A stretch of DNA of 64,000 nt from NCBI GenBank assembly GCA_965219995.1, contig CBDCOX010000002.1, positions 2,656,001-2,720,000 of the forward strand. The letters are read 5' to 3'. Each line of letters starts with the position of its first letter. Position 1 is the stretch's first letter. Source of the DNA: Candidatus Latescibacterota bacterium. GTDB lineage: Bacteria; Latescibacterota; UBA2968; GCA-2709665. Of this stretch, positions 1 through 8,769 are shown one piece after another. Both the position numbers and the translations under genes were made by a program. Below the pieces are notes generated by a model. The model was not told the origin of the DNA, did no database searches, and worked only from the letters and a program-made list of their open reading frames with translations.

Positions 1-2
1 CG

Positions 3-767
3 GGCAGGGTCGCACTGGTAACGGGGGGCAGCGAGGGCATTGGAAAGGGCATCGCCCGCAAGTTGGCCCAGGAGGGGTGCAGGGTTGCCGTGTGCGCGCG
101 GCGTCGGGACGTTCTCGCCGACGCGGCACGGGCCATCAGGTCGGAAAGCGGCGCCGAGGTGCTTGCGGTGCCGGCAAACGTGACGCAAGCCGCGGACCTG
201 GAGCGGTTGGTGAACGCGGCGGTTTCCGAGTTCGGCGGTATCGATATTCTCGTGAACAACGCGGGTCGTTCGGAAGGCCATCACTTCGAGGATGCGGCAG
301 AGTCAGTCTGGCTGTCGGACTTCGATCTGAAATTCTGGGCAGCGGTACGCAGCTCGAAGCTGGCTGTTCCGCATATGAAGGCCCGCGGCGGGGGCAGCAT
401 CGTAAATATCACGCATCCGGGAGGCAAGGCGCCCGGACCGGGCTCCGTGCCCACTTCGGTGAGCAGGGCTGCCGGTATCGCCTTGACCAAAGCCATGTCC
501 AAGGATCTGGCGCAACATCAGATCCGCGTGAACACGGTATGCCTGACGAACATCCGGTCCGCTCAGGCGCAGCGGGCGTGGACGGCGTCCGGCAGCGACC
601 TGGGTTTCGATGCCTGGTGCGAGGAACTCGGAAAGGACGTCCCCCTGGGCCGGATGGGCGAGCCCGGCGAGGTGGCCGATCTGGTCGCGTTTCTGGTGTC
701 CGACCGGGGCGCCTTCATTACCGGCGCGGCGATCAATGTCGACGGTGGATCGGGAGAAACGGTCTAG
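3..767 (+). CDS. SDR family oxidoreductase (5'-truncated by window edge)
   Basis: Frame from nt 3 reads GRVALVTGGSEGIGKG (TGxxxGxG); NNAG motif; C-terminal ITGAAINVDGG. Confidence 0.92.
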   Translation, partial: GRVALVTGGSEGIGKGIARKLAQEGCRVAVCARRRDVLADAARAIRSESGAEVLAVPANVTQAADLERLVNAAVSEFGGIDILVNNAGRSEGHHFEDAAESVWLSDFDLKFWAAVRSSKLAVPHMKARGGGSIVNITHPGGKAPGPGSVPTSVSRAAGIALTKAMSKDLAQHQIRVNTVCLTNIRSAQAQRAWTASGSDLGFDAWCEELGKDVPLGRMGEPGEVADLVAFLVSDRGAFITGAAINVDGGSGETV

Positions 768-772
768 ACGGA

Positions 773-1546
773 CTATATGGACAACTGGTGCGCCCGCGTA
801 AAGCAGCGACGCCGGACGACGTGCACGACGATCACGGAACCGATGGCGGTGGCGGCGACGATCATCAGCATCACGATAATCTGATACTTGATCGCGGTCA
901 TCGGATCCGAGCCGGCCAGAATCTGTCCGGTCATCATCCCGGGAAGGGAGACGAGGCCGACGGTCATCAGGGCGTTGATGGATGGGATCATGCCGGCTTT
1001 CACCACGTCGCGCAGGATGGCGGTCGTGGCTTCCTGGTAGGTGGCGCCGAGGCAGAGGGCGAGTTCGATCCGGGCTCTTTGTTTCCGCAGATCGGAGAAG
1101 AGGCGTTCCAGCGCAATCGTGACCGCGTTCATCGAATTGCCGATGATCATGCCGCCCAGGGGAATGAAGTACTGCGGCGTGTACCAGGGTTTGACCTGCA
1201 CGATCGCGGCGGTGACCAGGATGGATACGGTGGTATAGCTGGCGACCATGGAAATGAAGGTGGGCACGAAGTAGGCCACCTCCTTTTCCTTCACCCGGCC
1301 GCGGATGGCGTGCGCGGCCCAGAAGACCATCCATACGAAGAGGATGAGAATCAGGTACGGGTTGTTGATCTGAAAGATGTACTTGAGGACGTAGCCGACC
1401 AGGAAGAGTTGCGCGAAGGTGCGCACCGTGCCCCACGCGAGGTCCTTTTCCAGGTTCAGCCGGAAGATGACAGAGCCCGTGCCCGCAATCAGGACGAATA
1501 CGAGACACAGCAGCAGTTGCATCGGGGAGATCTCGATCAGGTTCAT
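773..1546 (-). CDS. fetB: UPF0014/FetB-type ABC transporter permease
   Basis: RTFAQLFLVGY, PLGGMIIGNSM, GLVSLPGMMTGQILAG..P..A.KYQI motifs; hydrophobic; 4-nt overlap with the ATPase gene. Confidence 0.85.
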   Translation of the reverse strand: MNLIEISPMQLLLCLVFVLIAGTGSVIFRLNLEKDLAWGTVRTFAQLFLVGYVLKYIFQINNPYLILILFVWMVFWAAHAIRGRVKEKEVAYFVPTFISMVASYTTVSILVTAAIVQVKPWYTPQYFIPLGGMIIGNSMNAVTIALERLFSDLRKQRARIELALCLGATYQEATTAILRDVVKAGMIPSINALMTVGLVSLPGMMTGQILAGSDPMTAIKYQIIVMLMIVAATAIGSVIVVHVVRRRCFTRAHQLSI

Positions 1547-2205
1547 CCGCAGACCTCCTGCAGACCGCCGTCGAGCCGGTAACGCCGCGCCCGGATCCGC
1601 CCCGGCCTGAAGTCCAGATGCGTGACCTTCACGATGCCGATATTCTGCTCCAGCGCGAGGCGTTCCAGCCAGGTTTCGACCACCGATTTGGACTCGGGGT
1701 CGAGGGCGGACGTGGGTTCGTCACAAAGGAGAAACCGGGGTTCGGACAACAGGGTCCGGATCAGGGCGATACGTTGCTTCTGGCCCACGGAGAGGGTTTC
1801 CGCGTCGTCGTCGAGGTCCACGTCCTGAAGCAGAAAATCGTCCAGAAGGGTTCGGAGTCTGTTTTCGTCCGGCAATCGCTTTTCGCGGGCGGCCCTGAAC
1901 GTGAACGACAGGGTCAGGTTGGAACGCACGGCGCCGACGGCCATTTCGGGTGTCTGCTGCACGTAACCGACCGTTCGCCGCAATTCGGTGACGTTGTGCC
2001 GCCTCACGGAGAGGCCATCCAGCAGGATCTCGCCCGAGGCCGGTTCCTGCAGCCGGCCGGGCAGTCTGAGGAAGCTGGATTTCCCGCTTCCCGAAGGTCC
2101 GTGGATGAGAACGAAATCCCCGCTGTCGACGGTGAGGTTTACCCCTTCGAACAGCGGCTTTTTTGTGCCGTACCGGAGCGAAAGGTTTTTGATCTCGAGG
2201 CGCAT
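1543..2205 (-). CDS. ABC transporter ATP-binding protein (FetA/YbbL-like)
   Basis: Walker A GPSGSGKS, signature LSVGQKQR, Walker B LLCDEPT; start moved to MRLEIK at 2205. Confidence 0.88.
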   Translation of the reverse strand: MRLEIKNLSLRYGTKKPLFEGVNLTVDSGDFVLIHGPSGSGKSSFLRLPGRLQEPASGEILLDGLSVRRHNVTELRRTVGYVQQTPEMAVGAVRSNLTLSFTFRAAREKRLPDENRLRTLLDDFLLQDVDLDDDAETLSVGQKQRIALIRTLLSEPRFLLCDEPTSALDPESKSVVETWLERLALEQNIGIVKVTHLDFRPGRIRARRYRLDGGLQEVCG

Positions 2206-2228
2206 GGCTGCCTGAAACTCGTGAGCGG

Positions 2229-3614
2229 TTACACGTTTCCGAAGACGTCGAGCACGTCGATGATGCTCAGGCCGGTGTGGTAGCCCGGATCCGCATCGGC
2301 GGTGGCCGGAATGACCGGCACCACCCGCCCGGACTCGTCGCGGGTCTGGTACGCCATCAGATGAAGGTCCGGGCGCACGAAGTGCCTCGTGAAGGCGTTG
2401 TGGCAGGCGCTGAATATGCCGAGGGCGTTCTTCCGCTGCACCCCGGTTCGGGCGATCGAAGAGCAATACGCGGCGGCGCGCAGCGTCTCGGGCAGGTTCC
2501 ACCAGGGCATGTCGGTATTTGCCGGCGTGCGGGAGACAAGGTCGAACATCTTGCAGATGCCGCCGGGACCGGGCTGGAACCCCCCGGCAAAGGTATGCGA
2601 CAACAGGGCGGGCATATGGGTTTCGACGCCCTCGATTTCCTCGCTCCGGTCAGCGTCCGCCAGGCCGTTCTTTCTGACGGCCGAGGTGAATTTCAGCGTC
2701 AGGCCGATGAATTCGAGGACGTGTCCCGGATCGGAGAGGATCTTTCCGTCCTCGTCGCAGGGCGCACCGTCGTCGTCCACGGCCTCCCAGAAGTCGTACT
2801 CCCGTAGACCCGGTACCCGCCCGTTCAGATTGACATAGGTCTGCATTTCGTGACGGATGAGGCGGAGGCCCATCTCCACGCTGCCGGGTATACGGTGTTC
2901 GGCCAGCAGCGCGGCGGCGCCGATCTGAATCATAAACGGGCCGTGAGGGTGGCGCCCCGGCCGGGGTCCGGCGGGATTCTTGGGATCCAGCGAAATCTGG
3001 TCGGTGGTAAAACGACCCTCGTGAATGGCGGCGTCCACGCGGCGGCAGTATTCCATGGCTTCCGTTTCGGCCTCCCGCAACCCGAGGTATCTCGCCGCGG
3101 CGACCATGCCCTTGGCGCTGAAGAGGTCGCTGAACCCGTAGTGCGATGCCTCCGAGAGCTTCAGCGTCCGGATCCCGCCTTCCTCGTCCAGCGCAAACGG
3201 ATTCCCCGGCGGCGTCATGAAAAAGGATAGGTGACCGGCATTCCGGGCGCGAATATCGAGCAGCGCCGCGAGCACATCGGCAGCGATGCGTTCCAGACGC
3301 CGCCGGAGTTCCGGTTTCAGGTTGTGGCGGCGCATCCAGCGGCAGTGCCCGGCCAGAGATTCCAGCCCGCGCCCCTGAATCCATCCGGAGACCGCGTTCG
3401 GACCCTTCAGAGGATCGTCAGCATCGAAGTCCTCACCGGTAATGAGGTCCAGTTTGGTATCGATAAAGGGGTACCCGGGGGTGCGTTCGCAGCGGTCCGC
3501 GATGGCGGCCATCACGGCAAGCAGCATGGCCCGGTAGTCCGGCAGGACCGACTTGACGTCGGCGGCGGCAGGGCATTCCGGCAGGAGAATTCCCCGGTAC
3601 ACGTCTTCCGGCAT
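2229..3614 (-). CDS. AGE family (N-acylglucosamine 2-epimerase-like) sugar epimerase/isomerase
   Basis: DPGHVLEF, PWWNLPE and C-terminal GYH motifs typical of the AGE (alpha/alpha)6 barrel. Confidence 0.65.
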   Translation of the reverse strand: MPEDVYRGILLPECPAAADVKSVLPDYRAMLLAVMAAIADRCERTPGYPFIDTKLDLITGEDFDADDPLKGPNAVSGWIQGRGLESLAGHCRWMRRHNLKPELRRRLERIAADVLAALLDIRARNAGHLSFFMTPPGNPFALDEEGGIRTLKLSEASHYGFSDLFSAKGMVAAARYLGLREAETEAMEYCRRVDAAIHEGRFTTDQISLDPKNPAGPRPGRHPHGPFMIQIGAAALLAEHRIPGSVEMGLRLIRHEMQTYVNLNGRVPGLREYDFWEAVDDDGAPCDEDGKILSDPGHVLEFIGLTLKFTSAVRKNGLADADRSEEIEGVETHMPALLSHTFAGGFQPGPGGICKMFDLVSRTPANTDMPWWNLPETLRAAAYCSSIARTGVQRKNALGIFSACHNAFTRHFVRPDLHLMAYQTRDESGRVVPVIPATADADPGYHTGLSIIDVLDVFGNV

Positions 3615-3715
3615 GTTGGCGGCTCCAGGGACCCGCTTGTATTGCTTTCCGGCACGAGACGCGTTGCGAGACCGGATACGTGGCGCGGGCTTCGAGCGTG
3701 GACCGCGGATTCGCG

Positions 3716-4552
3716 CTACGCCCAGACGTAAATCTCGCCATCGTCTTCGGAGTAGCCGATGAAAACGGCCAGGACAATCCTGGGATCGCTTCCCTCGACC
3801 GCGGGGACTTCGTGGATGCAGCGGGTGTTGAAGAAGTACAGGTCGCCCTGTTCGAGGTCGACCCGGCAGCGCTCGACGTTGTTCAGCCTGGCGTATTCGT
3901 GAAAGGCGTTTGCGGCAATATGGACTTCAACGTCCTCCGTCCACAGGCACCGGTGCAGGATGGCCTGGGTGGCCGGCCCGGCCTGTTCCGCGTTCTGAAA
4001 GCACAGCACACCCGCAAACTGGTGTTCGAACCGGGAGACCTCGTAATTGAAACGTTTCTCACGAAGCGAGACGTGGTCGATGTGCGGCTGGTAGGTGTGA
4101 TGGGTGTAGTGGACGCGGAAGATGGCGGGACCGTAGCGGCGGCCGTCGGGTTCGCGCGCCGTCATCACCCGCTTGCCGCCGGCAAGCGCGGCGAGGCTGT
4201 TGTAGATGACGTCCACCGGATTGTCGAAACCGTCGAAGAGGCGTTCGAACAGGTCGTGGGTCTGCACGGCGTGTTCGAAGAACCCCTCCTGGTCGCCGCC
4301 CCTGTTCCCAAGACTGGTACCGATGTCGATACGGGTGCGTGTATCGCCGGACGCGGTGTCCTCAGGATCCCGCATCAGGCCTCTGTCGACAAACCGGCGG
4401 ATCAGGCCGGCGCAGTGGTCCGGACTGTATGCCCGCTTCAGAAGGATGGCAGGGATCTCCGCCGTTGACAGGGCACGGAGCGGGTTCGCGTATCGGGATG
4501 CGACGGACTCGAGGTCCGAGCCCACGGGCAACCAGGAATCGGCGGCGGGCAT
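3716..4552 (-). CDS. Putative 2OG-Fe(II) dioxygenase superfamily protein
   Basis: HID (HxD) motif, then GDLYFFN..CIHEVPAV and RIVLAVF (distal His and 2OG-binding Arg). Confidence 0.65.
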   Translation of the reverse strand: MPAADSWLPVGSDLESVASRYANPLRALSTAEIPAILLKRAYSPDHCAGLIRRFVDRGLMRDPEDTASGDTRTRIDIGTSLGNRGGDQEGFFEHAVQTHDLFERLFDGFDNPVDVIYNSLAALAGGKRVMTAREPDGRRYGPAIFRVHYTHHTYQPHIDHVSLREKRFNYEVSRFEHQFAGVLCFQNAEQAGPATQAILHRCLWTEDVEVHIAANAFHEYARLNNVERCRVDLEQGDLYFFNTRCIHEVPAVEGSDPRIVLAVFIGYSEDDGEIYVWA

Positions 4553-4568
4553 CGTAGATTCCTTTCCC

Positions 4569-5063
4569 TCAGGCGAGATCCTTGAATTCGATGTGCACGT
4601 GCTCCCGGTGCCCGGTAAGCTGCCGGTACTCGACGCCGGCGCTGTCGAACATGCGTCTGGATGCCCGGACCGGATCGGTCTCTGCGTATTTGTCCGCGAG
4701 GTAGATGACTTCCCGAATGCCGGACTGAATGATGACTTTGGCGCATTCGTTGCAGGGAAAGTGGGTGACGTAGATCGTGCAGTTGTACAGGTTGGTGTCG
4801 ATCTTGTTCAGGATCGCGTTGAGTTCGGCGTGGCAGATGTACGGGTACTTGGTATTGAGAAAGTCGCCCTCTCTCGCCCACGGATACTCGTCGTCCGAAC
4901 AGCCGAGGGGCAGGCCGTTGTAGCCGATTCCGACGATTTTCTTCTTTTCGTTGATGATACAGGCGCCCACACGGGTGTTGGGGTCCTTGCTCCGGAGCGC
5001 GGAAAGCAGCGCAACGCCCATGAAATATTCGTCCCAGGACAGATAATCTTCGCGTTTGTTCAT
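4569..5063 (-). CDS. dCMP deaminase family protein
   Basis: SWDEYFM, RSKDPNTRVGAC, HAELNAI and PCNEC zinc-binding motifs. Confidence 0.93.
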   Translation of the reverse strand: MNKREDYLSWDEYFMGVALLSALRSKDPNTRVGACIINEKKKIVGIGYNGLPLGCSDDEYPWAREGDFLNTKYPYICHAELNAILNKIDTNLYNCTIYVTHFPCNECAKVIIQSGIREVIYLADKYAETDPVRASRRMFDSAGVEYRQLTGHREHVHIEFKDLA

Positions 5064-5301
5064 CTACGTTATCCGTGGTGCATCAACGCACCAGGTATGG
5101 ATGCCTGCCGCCGGCGCCGGCGTACGGGGGATGACAGAAACCGGGCCGGCCCTCGCGGCTCCCCGCGAACCGCCGTAATATGCTTCGCGTATATACGGAT
5201 TGCAACCGTTTCTTTGTCCGCGAAGCACAGATAGCGCCTTCGAGCCGGCGCCTGGTTCCGTTCGGTTCGGACCGACGGATGAGGAGCACGCGGAAGGACA
5301 C

Positions 5302-5333
5302 AAAAAAGCGAGGCGCGAAGAATCGCGCCTCGC
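5302..5333 (-). terminator. Rho-independent terminator downstream of the TonB-dependent receptor gene
   Basis: Minus strand GCGAGGCGCGA-TTCT-TCGCGCCTCGC-TTTTTT. Confidence 0.8.
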
Positions 5334-5494
5334 AACGGACCTGCGGCCACCACCGGGCAGAGACCGACCGGTACGCAGATTCCGATATTCAATTGTCCGT
5401 AAGCACGGGAGACGTTCCGACAACGGATCTCCCGTGGAATGCGCCGCCTCCGCACCAATCGCCGACGGGATAGACGTCAGCGGCGGGAAATCCG

Positions 5495-8400
5495 TCAACG
5501 CCCGAGGCGATAGGCAACGGCCAGCTTCACCCGCCGGCCCTTCGGATCGTGGGTAAAGCCGTCGTAGGCCTGCTCGATGTTTACGAGCGGAGGCCTCTTG
5601 TCCAGCAGATTCATCCCGGAAAGCGCGATATTTATGCCGTTGGGCATATTCCACAGGAACGTCGCGTCCCATGTCAGATAAGATTCGATGGTACCGAATA
5701 TACTCTTGATCGTCGAATTGTCCGAACCCGCCGAACCGCGGTCCTCGTAGGATGAGATATAGTTCAGATAGCTCGCGATACTGTAGTCCTGCCAGTAATA
5801 GCCCGCCGAGATCCGACCCTTGAACTTGGGAAGGGACGTCGCGATGGGATTGCCGAAATTCAGGTAGCCGGCGGCATCCGCGCCTTCCTGGAGGGTCAGG
5901 CCGCCCAGCATCAGGGCCTTTGTCTCGTACTCCAGCGTATAGGTGCCTTCCAGGCCGGCGGTAAACAGACCCGCTCCCTGCGGCAGCCGCGTACCCAGAT
6001 GCAGGTCGATTCCCGAGGTCTTGAGTCCAGGCCAGTTGACGATATCGACCTGCACCCGCTCGAGTTCCGAGGCCGCGCACGTGCCGGTACCGATCCCGTC
6101 CGGACACACGATGAACTGCTTGAGCGCGCCCTTGTTCGCTTCGTCCGCGTACAGGGCGGTGATGGCGCCGTGGGGCATCGAACCGATGACGTCGCTGAAA
6201 TCGTAGCTCCAGTAGTCCAACGTCGCTTCGAACCCCTTTTCGGTGACGAGCGCCAGCCCCGCGTTAAACGTAAATGCCCGTTCGGGTTTGAGGTCCTTGC
6301 TTCCGATTCGATCCACCGTCTGATACGCGCCCGTCTCGTTGATCCACTCCAGCGTGGAAAGCGGGCTTTCATTGACATCGTCCAGCGATGGCGTGCGGAA
6401 CGTCGTCTGCACGGAGCCGCGCAGGAACACGGACTGGTCCGGTGATTCCGTCAGCTGATAGCGCCACCCGAACTTGGGATCGAAACTGCTCGCCACGTCG
6501 TGGAACTCATAGTTGGCGGCGAGTTGCACGTCGAACCGCTCGCCAAGGCTCAGCGGCGTCTCGGCGAACAAACGATGCACCGTCTGTGATTCATCGTAGG
6601 GCCGGTGCACGTTGGTAAACGCGTAGGGACCGAACCGATCCTCCGCGGAGCAGTTCCGGTCGCCCACGACCGGACAGGGGTTGATCGTGACGTCGCCCTC
6701 GTCATTCGGGTCCCCGCTGGCGTTGAACAGACGGAACTGGTAACCGGCCGCGTAACTGGCCACGTCCTTAATCCAGGATCCGGTCAACGTCGCGTCGGCC
6801 ACCAGCATGTCGGCGCTGCTTTGCATATCGACTTCCTGGTTCAGCCACTGCCGGAGTTCGGCGCTGTTGGCCAGCGCGGCGCGGTAATCGGGATTGGCGC
6901 GGGATGCGAATGCCGAACCGTGCTGATCCGCGTACTCGATGGCGTTGCCGAAGGGATTGTAATACTGGCATTCGCCCTGGCCTGCCACCTGGCCGCTGAG
7001 CGGGCCGAGCCGCATCCCGGCAAGAGACGACCGGTCCGCCACCACGTCAACCCCGCAGCGCGGCCCCCCGAAGCCCCGGAAGCCGAGGAAAAGTCGCTCG
7101 ATGTACACACCCGGCAGATTGTAGTTGCCTTCGGTGCGGGAGTACGACATACCCAGGTCGAATTGATTCTCCCGATCGCCGAATGCCGTGAAGTCGCCAT
7201 TCAGGGAAGCCGCCATGCGCCACGTGCGGGCGTCCCGGTCCAGTATGCGCCCCGGGCCCGAGTTTCCGAACGGACGACCGTTGAAATACCAGTTCTCACC
7301 TCCCTGGCATGCCTCGTAGTAGGGATCGTTCGGGTCGGCGCCGTAGTCGTCGCAGAACGCGCCTCTGCCGGGGTGTTCGGGCGCAACCTCCATGATGCTC
7401 GTGTCCGTGAGGGGAAACGGCGGATACGAAGGCGTCGTGTACCATTCGGGGATCTTGGCCTGCGCCCAAAGCGCCTCCACGTGATACTCCGCGCCGTTGT
7501 CCAGCGTCCCGTTGATCTCGGCGAACGCCCGGGTATGGTTCATGTCTTCAATGAGATTCTCATACTGCTGATAACGGAAGCGACAGGTCCAGGACTCCCG
7601 GAAGCCGCCGAATTCCTCGCAGCGCGGGGCGTGGATGGCCGCGGTCCATGGGGCCGGGGCGCCGATGGCGAACGTGCCGGGATTCCCCAGGCTCGACCAC
7701 CCCAGCCGCTGCCCGCCGCCGTGCCACGGCTGCAACAGGTAGTCCCTTTCCCAGGACGGCAATGCCTGGCGTCCCCTCCACTCGGCGGAAACAACCGCGT
7801 GGGCCTCTCCGAGTTTACCGCCCCAGATCGCGCCGGCATTGGTATCGCCGGCGCCCGGGAAGTACTCGTGCGCCGCCGAGACTTCGAACCCTTCGAAATT
7901 TCCGCGCGTGAGGAAATTGGCCACGCCGCCCACCGCGTCCGACCCGTAAATGGCGGAAGCTCCTTCCTTCAGCACTTCGACCCGCTCAATGGCAATCGAG
8001 GGAATCACGTTGACGTCGACGAAGCGACCCCCGATCAGACGCGCGGGGACGTAGGTCTGGCGCCGGCTGTTGATGAGCACCAGGGTGCGCGACGCCCCCA
8101 GGCCCCGCAGGTTGACGTTCGCGATGCTTTCGGTGAGCGTGGCGGCCTGACCTGAATTGTACCAGCTGCTGCGTTCCCCGATCACGCCGTGGCTCGCGCC
8201 CAGGTTTTTGAAGAAATCCACGGCCTGCGGCGACCCCTGCTCCGCCATCTCCTCGCGTCCGACCGCCACAACCGCGTACGTCTGGTTGATGGGAGATTCC
8301 TTGAAGGCCGTGCCTGTCACCACGAGTTCGTCCATGAAGAGCAGGGACAACTCCAACCTCAACGCGACGGTGAGGGTCGCGCCCCCGGTAACGGTGATCG

Positions 8401-8671
8401 CGCGGGGTTCGCCCTTGTAGCCGATGAGTTGCACGCTCAGTTGGTGGGTGCCGGCCGGTACGTCCCGGATGGTAAAGCGTCCTGCCGCGTCCGTCACCTC
8501 GACCACGTTCAAGGCCGCTATGGACACGTTCGCGCCCTCCAGCGGGTCCCCGCTTTCACCGTCGACCACGGTACCGGTAACGGTACCGGTCGACTGCGCC
8601 GCCACCCAGTGCGCGGAAAGAAGAATGGCCGCGCAGACCAGAATCGACAGAAACATCACTTTGTACTTCAT
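5495..8671 (-). CDS. TonB-dependent receptor with N-terminal carboxypeptidase-regulatory-like domain
   Basis: Signal peptide MKYKVMFL...AAQ with GAGGAGG RBS; GTVTGTVVD..GANV domain; plug motifs NLRGLGASRTLVLIN and IERVEVLKEGASAIYGSDAVGGVANF. Confidence 0.92.
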   Translation of the reverse strand: MKYKVMFLSILVCAAILLSAHWVAAQSTGTVTGTVVDGESGDPLEGANVSIAALNVVEVTDAAGRFTIRDVPAGTHQLSVQLIGYKGEPRAITVTGGATLTVALRLELSLLFMDELVVTGTAFKESPINQTYAVVAVGREEMAEQGSPQAVDFFKNLGASHGVIGERSSWYNSGQAATLTESIANVNLRGLGASRTLVLINSRRQTYVPARLIGGRFVDVNVIPSIAIERVEVLKEGASAIYGSDAVGGVANFLTRGNFEGFEVSAAHEYFPGAGDTNAGAIWGGKLGEAHAVVSAEWRGRQALPSWERDYLLQPWHGGGQRLGWSSLGNPGTFAIGAPAPWTAAIHAPRCEEFGGFRESWTCRFRYQQYENLIEDMNHTRAFAEINGTLDNGAEYHVEALWAQAKIPEWYTTPSYPPFPLTDTSIMEVAPEHPGRGAFCDDYGADPNDPYYEACQGGENWYFNGRPFGNSGPGRILDRDARTWRMAASLNGDFTAFGDRENQFDLGMSYSRTEGNYNLPGVYIERLFLGFRGFGGPRCGVDVVADRSSLAGMRLGPLSGQVAGQGECQYYNPFGNAIEYADQHGSAFASRANPDYRAALANSAELRQWLNQEVDMQSSADMLVADATLTGSWIKDVASYAAGYQFRLFNASGDPNDEGDVTINPCPVVGDRNCSAEDRFGPYAFTNVHRPYDESQTVHRLFAETPLSLGERFDVQLAANYEFHDVASSFDPKFGWRYQLTESPDQSVFLRGSVQTTFRTPSLDDVNESPLSTLEWINETGAYQTVDRIGSKDLKPERAFTFNAGLALVTEKGFEATLDYWSYDFSDVIGSMPHGAITALYADEANKGALKQFIVCPDGIGTGTCAASELERVQVDIVNWPGLKTSGIDLHLGTRLPQGAGLFTAGLEGTYTLEYETKALMLGGLTLQEGADAAGYLNFGNPIATSLPKFKGRISAGYYWQDYSIASYLNYISSYEDRGSAGSDNSTIKSIFGTIESYLTWDATFLWNMPNGINIALSGMNLLDKRPPLVNIEQAYDGFTHDPKGRRVKLAVAYRLGR

Positions 8672-8769
8672 GGCGCCTCCTCGCCTCATTCTGTAAGGCT
8701 TGCCGAAAGGCCGGTGCGCATGCCCGGCCGCGGGTACGGGTTCGACACCCGCACCGTGTGTGATTTGAC

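Noticed and set aside
77-1582. Long alternative-frame ORFs (77-1582; also 6605-8155, 21857-24469, 25488-27293, 55184-56740, 58647-60197, 59801-61423)
   Set aside because: Shadow ORFs overlapping well-supported genes in high-GC DNA; low-complexity Arg/Gly/Pro-rich translations with no family motifs
5098-5137. Degenerate REP-like half (GGATGCC...GGGATGACA)
   Set aside because: Too diverged and single-copy in this window to support
8700-8760. GGGTTCGACACCC resembling a tRNA T-arm
   Set aside because: No D-arm, anticodon arm or acceptor stem could be built around it; likely an intergenic hairpin
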